A stretch of DNA of 64,000 nt, taken from assembly GCA_964016885.1 (NCBI GenBank), contig OZ024744.1, forward strand, positions 100,068,001-100,132,000, given 5' to 3'. The notes beneath the pieces are model-generated. The model did not search any database. It worked only from the letters and a program-made list of their open reading frames with translations, and was not told where the DNA came from. The DNA is from Eledone cirrhosa (Eukaryota). Below are positions 51,001-62,400 of the stretch, piece after piece; position 1 is the first letter of the stretch; the number at the start of each line of letters is the position of its first letter. The position numbers and the translations under genes are program-made.

Positions 51001-54000
51001 CACTGTAAAACAGGGTGGTGGGCATGGTTCGAGAGCTGTAAAGAGACAATAGAAGGTGGTAGTTGTAGCACTGTAAAACAGGGTGGTGGGCATGGTTGGA
51101 GAGCTGTAAAGAGACAATAGATGGTGGTAGTTGTAGCACTGTAAAACAGGGTGGTGGGCATGGTTGGAGAGCTGTAAAGAGACAATAGATGGTGGTAGTT
51201 GTAGCACTGTAAAACAGGGTGGTGGGCATGGTTGGAGAGCTGTAAAGAAACAGTAGATGGTGGTAGTTGTAGCACTGTAAAACAGGGTGGTGGGCATGGT
51301 TGGAGAGCTGTAAAGAGACAATAGATGGTGGTAGTTGTAGTACTGTAAAACAGGGTGGGCATGGTTGGAGAGCTGTAAAGAAACAATAGATGGTGGTAGT
51401 TGTAGAACTGTAAAACAGGGTGGTGGGCAAGGTTGGAGAGCTGTAAAGAAACAATAGATGGTGGTAGTTGTAGCACTGTAAAACAGGGTGGTGGGCATGG
51501 TTGGAGAGCTGTAAAGAGACAATAGATGGTGGTAGTTGAAGCACTGTAAAACATGGTGGTGGGCATGGTTGGAGAGCTGTAAAGAGACAATAGAAGGTGG
51601 TAGATGTAACACTGTAAAACAGGGTGGTGGGCATGGTTGGAGAGCTGTAAAGAAACAGTAGATGGTGGTAGTTGTAGCAGTGTAAAACAGGGTGGTGGGC
51701 ATGGTTGGAGAGCTGTAAAGAAACAGTAGATGGTGGTAGTTGTAGCACTGTAAAACAGGGTGGTGGGCATGGTTGGAGAGCTGTAAAGAGACAATAGATG
51801 GTGGGAGTTGTAGCACTGTAAAACAGGGTGGTGGGCATGGTTGGAGAGCTGTAAAGAAACAATAGATGGAGGTAGTTGTAGTACTGTAAAACAGGCTGGT
51901 GGGCATGGTTGGAGAGCTGTAAAGAGACAGTAGATGGTGGTAGTTGTAACACTGTAAAACAGGGTGGTGGGCATGGTTGGAGAGCTGTAAAGAGACAATA
52001 GATGGCGGTAGTTGTAGCACTGTAAAACATGGTGGTGAGCATGGTTGGAGAGCTGTAAAAAAACAGTAGAAGGTGGTAGTTGTAGCACTGTAAAATAGGG
52101 TGGTGGGCATGGTTGGAGAGCTGTAAAGAAACAGTAGAAGGTGGTAGTTGTAGCACTGTAAAACAGGGTGGTAGGCATAGTTGGAGAGCTGTAAAGGAAC
52201 AGTAGAAGGTGGTAGTTGTAGCACTGTAAAACAGGGTGGTGGGCATGGTTGGAGAGCTGTAAAGAAACAATAGATGGTGGTAGTTGTAGTACTGTAAAAC
52301 AGGGTGGGCATGGTTGGAGAACTGTAAAGAAACAATAGATGGTGTTAGTTGTAGCACTGTAAAACAGGGTGGTGGGCATGGTTGGAGAGCTGTAAAGAAA
52401 CAATAGATGTTGGTAGTTGTAGCACTGTAAAACAGGGTGGTGGGCATGGTTGGAGAGCTGTAAAGAAACAGTAGATGGTGGTAGTTGTAGCACTGTAAAA
52501 CAGGGTGGTGGGCATGGTTGGAGAGCTGTAAAGAAACAGTAGAAGGTGGGAGTTGTAGCACTGTAAAACAGGGTGGTGGGCATGGTTTGAGAGCTGTAAA
52601 GAGACAAAAGATGGTGGTAGTTGTAGCACTGTAAAACAGGGTGGTGGGCATGGTTGGAGAGCTGTAAAGAAACAATAGATGGTGGGAATTGTAGCACTGT
52701 AAAACAGGGTGGTGGGCATGGTTGGAGAGCTGTAAAGAGACAATAGATGGTGGTAGTTGTAGCACTGTAAAACATGGTGGTGGGCATGGTTGGAGAGCTG
52801 TAAACAAACAATAGAAGGTGGTAGTTGTAGCACTGTAAAACAGGGTGGTGGGCATGGTTGGAGAGCTGTAAAGAAACAGTAGATGGTGGTAGTTGTAGCA
52901 CTGTAAAACAGGATGGTGGGCATGGTTGGAGAGCTGTAAAGAAACAATAGATGGTGGGAGCTGTAGCACTGTAAATCAGGGTGGTGGGCATGGTTGGAGA
53001 GCTGTAAAGAAACAATAGAAGGTGGTAGTTGTAGCACTGTAAAACAGAGTGGTGGGCATGGTTGGAGAGCTGTAAAGAGACAATAGATGGTGGGAGTTGT
53101 AGCACTGTAAAACAGGGTGGTGGGCATGGTTGGAGAGCTGTAAAGAGACAATAGATGGTGGGAGTTGTAGCACTGTAAAACATGGTGGTGGGCATGGTTG
53201 GAGAGCTGTAAAGAAACAGTAGAAGGTGGTAGTTGTAGCACTGTAAAACAAGGTGGTGGGCATGGTTGGAGAGCTGTAAAGAAACAATAGATGGTGGTAG
53301 TTGTAGCACTGTAAAACAGGGTGGTGGGCATGGTTGGAGAGCTGTAAAGAGATAATAGATGGTTGTAGTTGTAGCAGTGTAAAACAGGGTGGTGGGCATG
53401 GTTGGAGAGCTGTAAAGAAAGAATAGATGGTGGTAGTTGTAGTACTGTAAACCAGGGTGGTGGGCATGGTTGGAGAGCTGTAAAGAGACAGTAGAAGGTG
53501 GTAGTTGTAGCACTGGAAAACATGGTGGTGGGCATGGTTGGAGAGCTGTAAAGAGACAATAGATGGTGGTAGTTGTAGCACTGTAAAACAGGGTGGTGGG
53601 CATGGTTGGAGAGCTGTAAAGAGACAATAGATGGTGGTAGTTGAAGCACTGTAAAACATGGTGGTGGGCATGGTTGGAGAGCTGTAAAGAGACAATAGAA
53701 GGTGGTAGTTGTAACACTGTAAAACAGGGTGGTGGGCATGGTTGGAGAGCTGTAAAGAAACAGTAGATGGTGGTAGTTGTAGCAGTGTAAAACAGGGTGG
53801 TGGGCATGGTTGGAGAGCTGTAAAGAAACAGTAGATGGTGGTAGTTGTAGCACTGTAAAACAGGGTGGTGGGCATGGTTGGAGAGCTGTAAAGAGACAAT
53901 AGATGGTGGGAGTTGTAGCACTGTAAAACAGGGTGGTGGGCATGGTTGCAGAGCTGTAAAGAAACAATAGATGGTGGTAGTTGTAGTACTGTAAAACAGG

Positions 54001-57000
54001 GTGGTGGGCATGGTTGGAGAGCTGTAAAGAGACAGTAGATGGTGGTAGTTGTAACACTGTAAAACAGGGTGGTGGGCATGGTTGGAGAGCTGTAAAGAGA
54101 CAATAGATGGTGGTAGTTGTAGCACTGTAAAACATGGTGGTGGGCATGGTTGGAGAGCTGTAAAGAAACAGTAGAAGGTGGTAGTTGTAGCACTGTAAAA
54201 TAGGGTGGTGGGCATGGTTGGAGAGCTGTAAAGAAACAGTAGAAGGTGGTAGTTGTAGCACTGTAAATCAGGGTGGTGGGCATGGTTGGAGAGCTGTAAA
54301 GAAACAATAGATGGTGGGTGTTGTAGCACTGTAAAACAGGGTGGTGGGCATGGTTGGAGAGCTGTAAAGAGACAATAGAAGGTGGTAGTTGTAGCACTGT
54401 AAAACATGGTGGTGGGCATGGTTGGAGAGCAGTAAAGAAACAGTAGAAGGTGGTAGTTGTAGCACTGTAAAACAGGGTGGTGGGCATGGTTGGAGAGCTG
54501 TAAAGAGACAATAGATGGTGGTAGTTGTAGCACTGTAAAACAGGGTGGTGGGCATGGTTGGAGAGCTGTAAAGAAACAGTAGAAGGTGGGAGTTGTAGCA
54601 CTGTAAAACAGGGTGGTGGGCATGGTTGGAGAGCTGTAAAGAAACAATAGATGGTGGGAGTTGTAGCACTGTAAAACAGGGTGGTGGGCATGGTTGGAGA
54701 GCTGTAAAGAGACAATAGATGGTGGTAGTTGTAGCACTGTAAAACATGGTGGTGGGCATGGTTGGAGAGCTGTAAACAAACAATAGAAGGTGGTAGTTGT
54801 AGCACTGTAAAACAGGGTGGTGGGCATGGTTGGAGAGCTGTAAAGAAACAGTAGATGGTGGTTGTTGTAGCACTGTAAAACAGGGTGGTGGGCATGGTTC
54901 GAGAGCTGTAAAGAAACAATAGATGGTGGGAGCTGTAGCACTGTAAATCAGGGTGGTGGGCATGGTTGGAGAGCTGTAAAGAAACAATAGAAGGTGGTAG
55001 TTGTAGCACTGTAAAACAAGGTGGTGGGCATGGTTGGAGAGCTGTAAAGAGACAATAGATGGTGGGAGTTGTAGCACTGTAAAACAGGGTGGTGGGCATG
55101 GTTGGAGAGCTGTAAAGAGACAATAGATGGTGGGAGTTGTAGCACTGTAAAACATGGTGGTGGGCATGGTTGGAGAGCTGTAAAGAAACAGTAGAAGGTG
55201 GTAGTTGTAGCACTGTAAAACAAGGTGGTGGGCATGGTTGGAGAGCTGTAAAGAAACAATAGATGGTGGTAGTTGTAGCAGTGTAAAACAGGGTGGTGGG
55301 CATGGTTGGAGAGCTGTAAAGAAAGAATAGATGGTGGTAGTTGTAGTACTGTAAACCAGGGTGGTGGGCATGGTTGGAGAGCTGTAAAGAGACAGTAGAA
55401 GGTGGTAGTTGTAGCACTGTAAAACATGGTGGTGGGCATGGTTGGAGAGCTGTAAAGAGACAATAGATGGTGGTAGTTGAAGCACTGTAAAACAGGGTGG
55501 TGGGCATGGTTGGAGAGCTGTAAAGATAACAATAGATGGTGGTAGTTGTAGCACTGTAAAACAGGGTGGTGGGCATGGTTGGAGAGCTGTAAAGAGACAG
55601 TAGAAGGTGGGAGTTGTAGCACTGTAAGACAGGGTGGTGGGCATGGTTGGAGAGCTGTAAAGAAACAATAGATGGTGGTAGTTGTAGCACTGTAAAACAG
55701 GGTGGTGGGCATGGTTGGAGAGCTGTAAAGAGACAATAGATGGTGGTAGTTGTAACACTGTAAAACAGGGTGGTGGGCATGGTTGGAGAGCTGTAAAGAG
55801 ACAATAGATGGTGGGAGTTGTAGCACTGTAAAACAGGGCGGTGGGCATGGTTGGAGAGCTGTAAAGAAACAGTAGAAGATGGTAGTTGTAGCACTGTAAA
55901 ACAGGGTGGTGGGCATGGTTGGAGAGCTGTAAAGAGACAATAGATGGTGGGAGTTGTTGCAGTGTAAAACATGGTGGTGGGCATGGTTGGAGAGCTGTAA
56001 AGAGACAATAGATGGTGGTAGTTGTAGCACTGTAAATCAGGGTGGTGGGCATGGTTGGAGAGCTGTAAAGGGACAATAGATGGTGGTAGTTGTAGTACTG
56101 TAAAAGAGGGTGGTGGGCATGGTTGGAGAGCTGTAAAGAAACAATAGATGGTGGTAGCTGTAGCAGTGTAAAACATGGTGGTGGGCATGGTTGGAGAGCT
56201 GTAAAGAAACAATAGATGGTGGTAGTTGTAGCAGTGTAAAACATGGTGATGGGCATGGTTGGAGAGCTGTAAAGAGACAATAGATGGTGGTAGTTGTAGC
56301 ACTGTAAATCAGGGTGGTGGGCATGGTTGGAGAGCTGTAAAGAGACAATAGATGGTGGTAGTTGTAGCACTGTAAATCAGGGTGGTGGGCATGGTTGGGG
56401 AGCTGTAAAGAAACAATAGATGGTGGTAGTTGTAGCAGTGTAAAACATGGTGATGGGCATGGTTGGAGAGCTGTAAAGAGAAAATAGATGGTGGTAGTTG
56501 TAGCACTCTAAAACAGGGTGGTGGGCATTGTTGGAGAGCTGTAAAGAGACAATAGATGGTGGGAGTTGTAGCACTGTAAAACAGGGTGGTGGGCATGGAT
56601 GGAGAGCTGTAAAGAAACAGTAGAAGGTGGTAGTTGTAGCACTGTAAAACAGGGTGGTGGGCATGGTTGGAGAGCTGTAAAGAGACAATAGAAGGTGGTA
56701 GTTGTAGCACTGTAAAACAAGGTGGTGGGCATGGTTGGAGAGCTGTAAAGAGACAATAGATGGTGGTAGTTGTAGCACTGTAAATCAGGGTGGTGGGCAT
56801 TGTTGGAGAGCTGTAAAGAAACAATAGATGGTGGTAGTTCTAGCACTGTAAAACAGGGTGGTGGGCATGGTTGGAGAGCTGTAAAGAAACAGTAGATGGT
56901 GGTAGTTGTAGCACCGTAAAACAGGGTGGTGGGCATGGTTGGAGAGCTGTAAAGATACAGTAGATGGTGGGAGTTGTAGCACTGTAAAACAGGGTGGTGG

Positions 57001-60000
57001 GCATGGTTGGAGAGCTGTAAAGAAACAATAGATGGTGGTAGTTGTAGCACTGTAAAACAGGGTGGTGGGCATGGTTGGAGAGCTGTAAAGAAACAGTAGA
57101 AGGTGGTAGTTGTAGCACTGTAAAACAGGGTGGTGGGCATGGTTGGAGAGCTGTAAAGAAACAATAGATGGTGGTAGTTGTAGCACTGCAAAACAGGGTG
57201 GTGGGCATGGTTGGAGAGCTGTAAAGAGACAATAGATGGTGGTAGTTGTAGCAGTGTAAAACAGGGTGGTGGGCATGGTTGGAGAGCTGTAAAGAAACAA
57301 TAGATGGTGGTAGTTGTAGTACTGTAAACCAGGGTGGTGGGCATGGTTGGAGAGCTGTAAAAAGACAGTAGAAGGTGGTAGTTGTAGCACTGTAAAACAT
57401 GGTGGTGGGCATGGTTGGAGAGCTGTAAAGAGACAATAGATGGTGGTAGTTGAAGCACTGTAAAACAGGGTGGTGGGCATGGTTGGAGAGCTGTGAAGAG
57501 ACAGTAGAAGGTGGGAGTTGTAGCACTGTAAGACAGGGTGGTGGGCATGGTTGGAGAGCTGTAAAGAAACAATAGATGGTGGTAGTTGTAGCACTGTAAA
57601 ACAGGGTGGTGGGCATGGTTGGAGAGCTGTAAAGAAACAGTAGATGGTTGTAGTTGTAGCACTGTAAAACAGGGTGGTGGGCATGGTTGGAGAGCTGTAA
57701 AGAAACAATAGAAGGTGGGAGTTGTAGCACTGTAAAACAGGGTGGTGGGCATGGTTGGAGAGCTGTAAAGAGACAATAGATGGTGGTAGTTGTAGCACTG
57801 TAAAACAGGGTGGTGGGCATGGTTCGAGAGCTGTAAAGAGACAATAGAAGGTGGTAGTTGTAGCACTGTAAAACAGGGTGGTGGGCATGGTTGGAGAGCT
57901 GTAAAGAGACAATAGATGGTGGTAGTTGTAGCACTGTAAAACAGGGTGGTGGGCATGGTTGGAGAGCTGTAAAGAGACAATAGATGGTGGTAGTTGTAGC
58001 ACTGTAAAACAGGGTGGTGGGCCTGGTTGGAGAGCTGTAAAGAAACAGTAGATGGTGGTAGTTGTAGCACTGTAAAACAGGGTGGTGGGCATGGTTGGAG
58101 AGCTGTAAAGAGACAATAGATGGTGGTAGTTGTAGTACTGTAAAACAGGGTGGGCATGGTTGGAGAGCTGTAAAGAAACAATAGATGGTGGTAGTTGTAG
58201 AACTGTAAAACAGGGTGGTGGGCAAGGTTGGAGAGCTGTAAAGAAACAATAGATGGTGGTAGTTGTAGCACTGTAAAACAGGGTGGTGGTCATGGTTGGA
58301 GAGCTGTAAAGAGACAATAGATGGTGGTAGTTGAAGCACTGTAAAACCTGTTGGTGGGCATGGTTGGAGAGCTGTAAAGAGACAATAGAAGGTGGTAGTT
58401 GTAACACTGTAAAACAGGGTGGTGGGCATGGTTGGAGAGCTGTAAAGAAACAGTAGATGGTGGTAGTTGTAGCAGTGTAAAACAGGGTGGTGGGCATGGT
58501 TGGAGAGCTGTAAAGAAACAGTAGATGGTGGTAGTTGTAGCACTGTAAAACAGGGTGGTGGGCATGGTTGGAGAGCTGTAAAGAGACAATAGATGGTGGG
58601 AGTTGTAGCACTGTAAAACAGGGTGGTGGGCATGGTTGGAGAGCTGTAAAGAAACAATAGATGGTGGTAGTTGTAGTACTGTAAAACAGGCTGGTGGGCA
58701 TGGTTGGAGAGCTGTAAAGAGACAGTAGATGGTGGTAGTTGTAACACTGTAAAACAGGGTGGTGGGCATGGTTGGAGAGCTGTAAAGAGACAATAGATGG
58801 CGGTAGTTGTAGCACTGTAAAACATGGTGGTGAGCATGGTTGGAGAGCTGTAAAAAAACAGTAGAAGGTGGTAGTTGTAGCACTGTAAAATAGGGTGGTG
58901 GGCATGGTTGGAGAGCTGTAAAGAGACAATAGAAGGTGGTAGTTGTAGCACTGTAAAACATGGTGGTGGGCATGGTTGGAGAGCTGTAAAGACACAATAG
59001 ATGGTGGGAGTTGTAGCACTGTAAAACAGGGTGGTGGGCATGGTTGGAGAGCTGTAAAGAAACAATAGATGTTGGTAGTTGTAGCACTGTAAAACAGGGT
59101 GGTGGGCATGGTTGGAGAGCTGTAAAGAAACAGTAGATGGTGGTAGTTGTAGCACTGTAAAACAGGGTGGTGGGCATGGTTGGAGAGCTGTAAAGAAACA
59201 GTAGAAGGTGGGAGTTGTAGCACTGTAAAACAGGGTGGTGGGCATGGTTGGAGAGCTGTAAAGAGACAAAAGATGGTGGTAGTTGTAGCACTGTAAAACA
59301 GGGTGGTGGGCATGGTTGGAGAGCTGTAAAGAAACAATAGATGGTGGGAGTTGTAGCACTGTAAAACAGGGTGGTGGGCATGGTTGGAGAGCTGTAAAGA
59401 GACAATAGATGGTGGTAGTTGTAGCACTGTAAAACATGGTGGTGGGCATGGTTGGAGAGCTGTAAACAAACAATAGAAGGTGGTAGTTGTAGCACTGTAA
59501 AACAGGGTGGTGGGCATGGTTGGAGAGCTGTAAAGAAACAGTAGATGGTTGTAGTTGTAGCACTGTAAAACAGGATGGTGGGCATGGTTGGAGAGCTGTA
59601 AAGAAACAATAGATGGTGGGAGCTGTAGCACTGTAAATCAGGGTGGTGGGCATGGTTGGAGAGCTGTAAAGAAACAATAGAAGGTGGTAGTTGTAGCACT
59701 GTAAAACAGAGTGGTGGGCATGGTTGGAGAGCTGTAAAGAGACAATAGATGGTGGGAGTTGTAGCACTGTAAAACAGGGTGGTGGGCATGGTTGGAGAGC
59801 TGTAAAGAGACAATAGATGGTGGGAGTTGTAGCACTGTAAAACATGGTGGTGGGCATGGTTGGAGAGCTGTAAAGAAACAGTAGAAGGTGGTAGTTGTAG
59901 CACTGTAAAACAAGGTGGTGGGCATGGTTGGAGAGCTGTAAAGAAACAATAGATGGTGGTAGTTGTAGCACTGTAAAACAGGGTGGTGGGCATGGTTGGA

Positions 60001-62400
60001 GAGCTGTAAAGAGACAATAGATGGTTGTAGTTGTAGCAGTGTAAAACAGGGTGGTGGGCATGGTTGGAGAGCTGTAAAGAAAGAATAGATGGTGGTAGTT
60101 GTAGTACTGTAAACCAGGGTGGTGGGCATGGTTGGAGAGCTGTAAAGAGACAGTAGAAGGTGGTAGTTGTAGCACTGGAAAACATGGTGGTGGGCATGGT
60201 TGGAGAGCTGTAAAGAGACAATAGATGGTGGTAGTTGAAGCACTGTAAAACAGGGTGGTAGGCATGGTTGGAGAGCTGTAAAGATAACAATAGATGGTGG
60301 TAGTTGTAGCACTGTAAAACAGGGTGGTGGGCATAGTTGGAGAGCTGTAAAGAGACAGTAGAAGGTGGGAGTTGTAGCACTGTAAGACAGGGTGGTGGGC
60401 ATGGTTGGAGAGCTGTAAAGAAACAATAGATGGTGGTAGATGTAGCACTGTAAAACAGGGTGGTGGGCATGGTTGGAGAGCTGTAAAGAAACAGTAGATG
60501 GTGGTAGTTGTAGCACTGTAAAACAGGGTGGTGGGCATGGTTGGAGAGCTGTAAAGAAACAATAGAAGGTGGGAGTTGTAGCACTGTAAAACAGGGTGGT
60601 GGGCATGGTTGGAGAGCTGTAAAGAGACAATAGATGGTGGTAGTTGTAGCACTGTAAAACAGGGTGGTGGGCATGGTTCGAGAGCTGTAAAGAGACAATA
60701 GAAGGTGGTAGTTGTAGCACTGTAAAACAGGGTGGTGGGCATGGTTGGAGAGCTGTAAAGAGACAATAGATGGTGGTAGTTGTAACACTGTAAAACAGGG
60801 TGGTGGGCATGGTTGGAGAGCTGTAAAGAGACAATAGATGGTGGGAGTTGTAGCACTGTAAAACAGGGCGGTGGGCATTGTTGGAGAGCTGTAAAGAAAC
60901 AGTAGAAGCTGGTAGTTGTAGCACTGTAAATCAGGGTGGTGGGCATGGTTGGAGAGCTGTAAAGAAACAATAGATGGTGGGAGTTGTAGCACTGTAAAAC
61001 AGGGTGGTGGGCATGGTTGGAGAGCTGTAAAGAGACAATAGAAGGTGGTAGTTGTAGCACTGTAAAACATGGTGGTGGGCATGGTTGGAGAGCTGTAAAG
61101 AAACAGTAGAAGGTGGTAGTTGTAGCACTGTAAAACAGGGTGGTAGGCATAGTTGGAGAGCTGTAAAGGAACAGTAGAAGGTGGTAGTTGTAGCACTGTA
61201 AAACAGGGTGGTGGGCATGGTTGGAGAGCTGTAAAGAAACAATAGATGGTGGTAGTTGTAGTACTGTAAAACAGGGTGGGCATGGTTGGAGAACTGTAAA
61301 GAAACAATAGATGGTGTTAGTTGTAGCACTGTAAAACAGGGTGGTGGGCATGGTTGGAGAGCTGTAAAGAAACAATAGATGTTGGTAGTTGTAGCACTGT
61401 AAAACAGGGTGGTGGGCATGGTTGGTGAGCTGTAAAGAAACAGTAGATGGTGGTAGTTGTAGCACTGTAAAACAGGGTGGTGGGCATGGTTGGAGAGCTG
61501 TAAAGAAACAGTAGAAGGTGGGAGTTGTAGCACTGTAAAAGAGGGTGGTGGGCATGGTTGGAGAGCTGTAAAGAGACAAAAGATGGTGGTAGTTGTAGCA
61601 CTGTAAAACAGGGTGGTGGGCATGATTGGAGAGCTGTAAAGAAACAATAGATGGTGGGAGTTGTAGCACTGTAAAACAGGGTGGTGGGCATGGTTGGAGA
61701 GCTGTAAAGAGACAATAGATGGTGGTAGTTGTAGCACTGTAAAACATGGTGGTGGGCATGGTTGGAGAGCTGTAAACAAACAATAGAAGGTGGTAGTTGT
61801 AGCACTGTAAAACAGGGTGGTGGTCATGGTTGGAGAGCTGTAAAGAAACAGTAGATGGTGGTAGTTGTAGCACTGTAAAACAGGATGGTGGGCATGGTTG
61901 GAGAGCTGTAAAGAAACAATAGATGGTGGGAGCTGTAGCACTGTAAATCAGGGTGGTGGGCATGGTTGGAGAGCTGTAAAGAAACAATAGAAGGTGGTAG
62001 TTGTAGCACTGTAAAACAAAGTGGTGGGCATTGTTGGAGAGCTGTAAAGAGACAATAGATGGTGGGAGTTGTAGCACTGTAAAACAGGGTGGTGGGCATG
62101 GTTGGAGAGCTGTAAAGAGACAATAGATGGTGGGAGTTGTAGCACTGTAAAACATGGTGGTGGGCATGGTTGGAGAGCTGTAAAGAAACAGTAGAAGGTG
62201 GTAGTTGTAGCACTGTAAAACAAGGTGGTGGGCATGGTTGGAGAGCTGTAAAGAAACAATAGATGGTGGTAGTTGTAGCACTGTAAAACAGGGTGGTGGG
62301 CATGGTTGGAGAGCTGTAAAGAGACAATAGATGGTGGTAGTTGTAGCACTGTAAATCAGGGTGGTGGGCATTGTTGGAGAGCTGTAAAGAAACAATAGAT
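47140..62400. repeat. ~100-monomer duplication (~47140-53560 vs ~53935-60230; offsets 6795/6863/6662 bp) plus a further partial copy at ~61110-62300 (offset 8972)
   Basis: ORF starts 48078/54941, 49167/56030, 49439/56302, 49507/56370 and 49915/56778 differ by 6863 (=101x68-5). Starts 52969/59631 differ by 6662, and 52335/61307 and 52969/61941 by 8972. The 65-bp deletion monomers lie at ~51351, 52301, 58146 and 61272. Confidence 0.88.

Noticed and set aside
51895-51902. Exact E. coli Chi site GCTGGTGG (also 58690-58697)
   Set aside because: It arises from a single SNP in the GGGTGGTGG tract and was copied once by duplication. There is no evidence of a bacterial RecBCD context.
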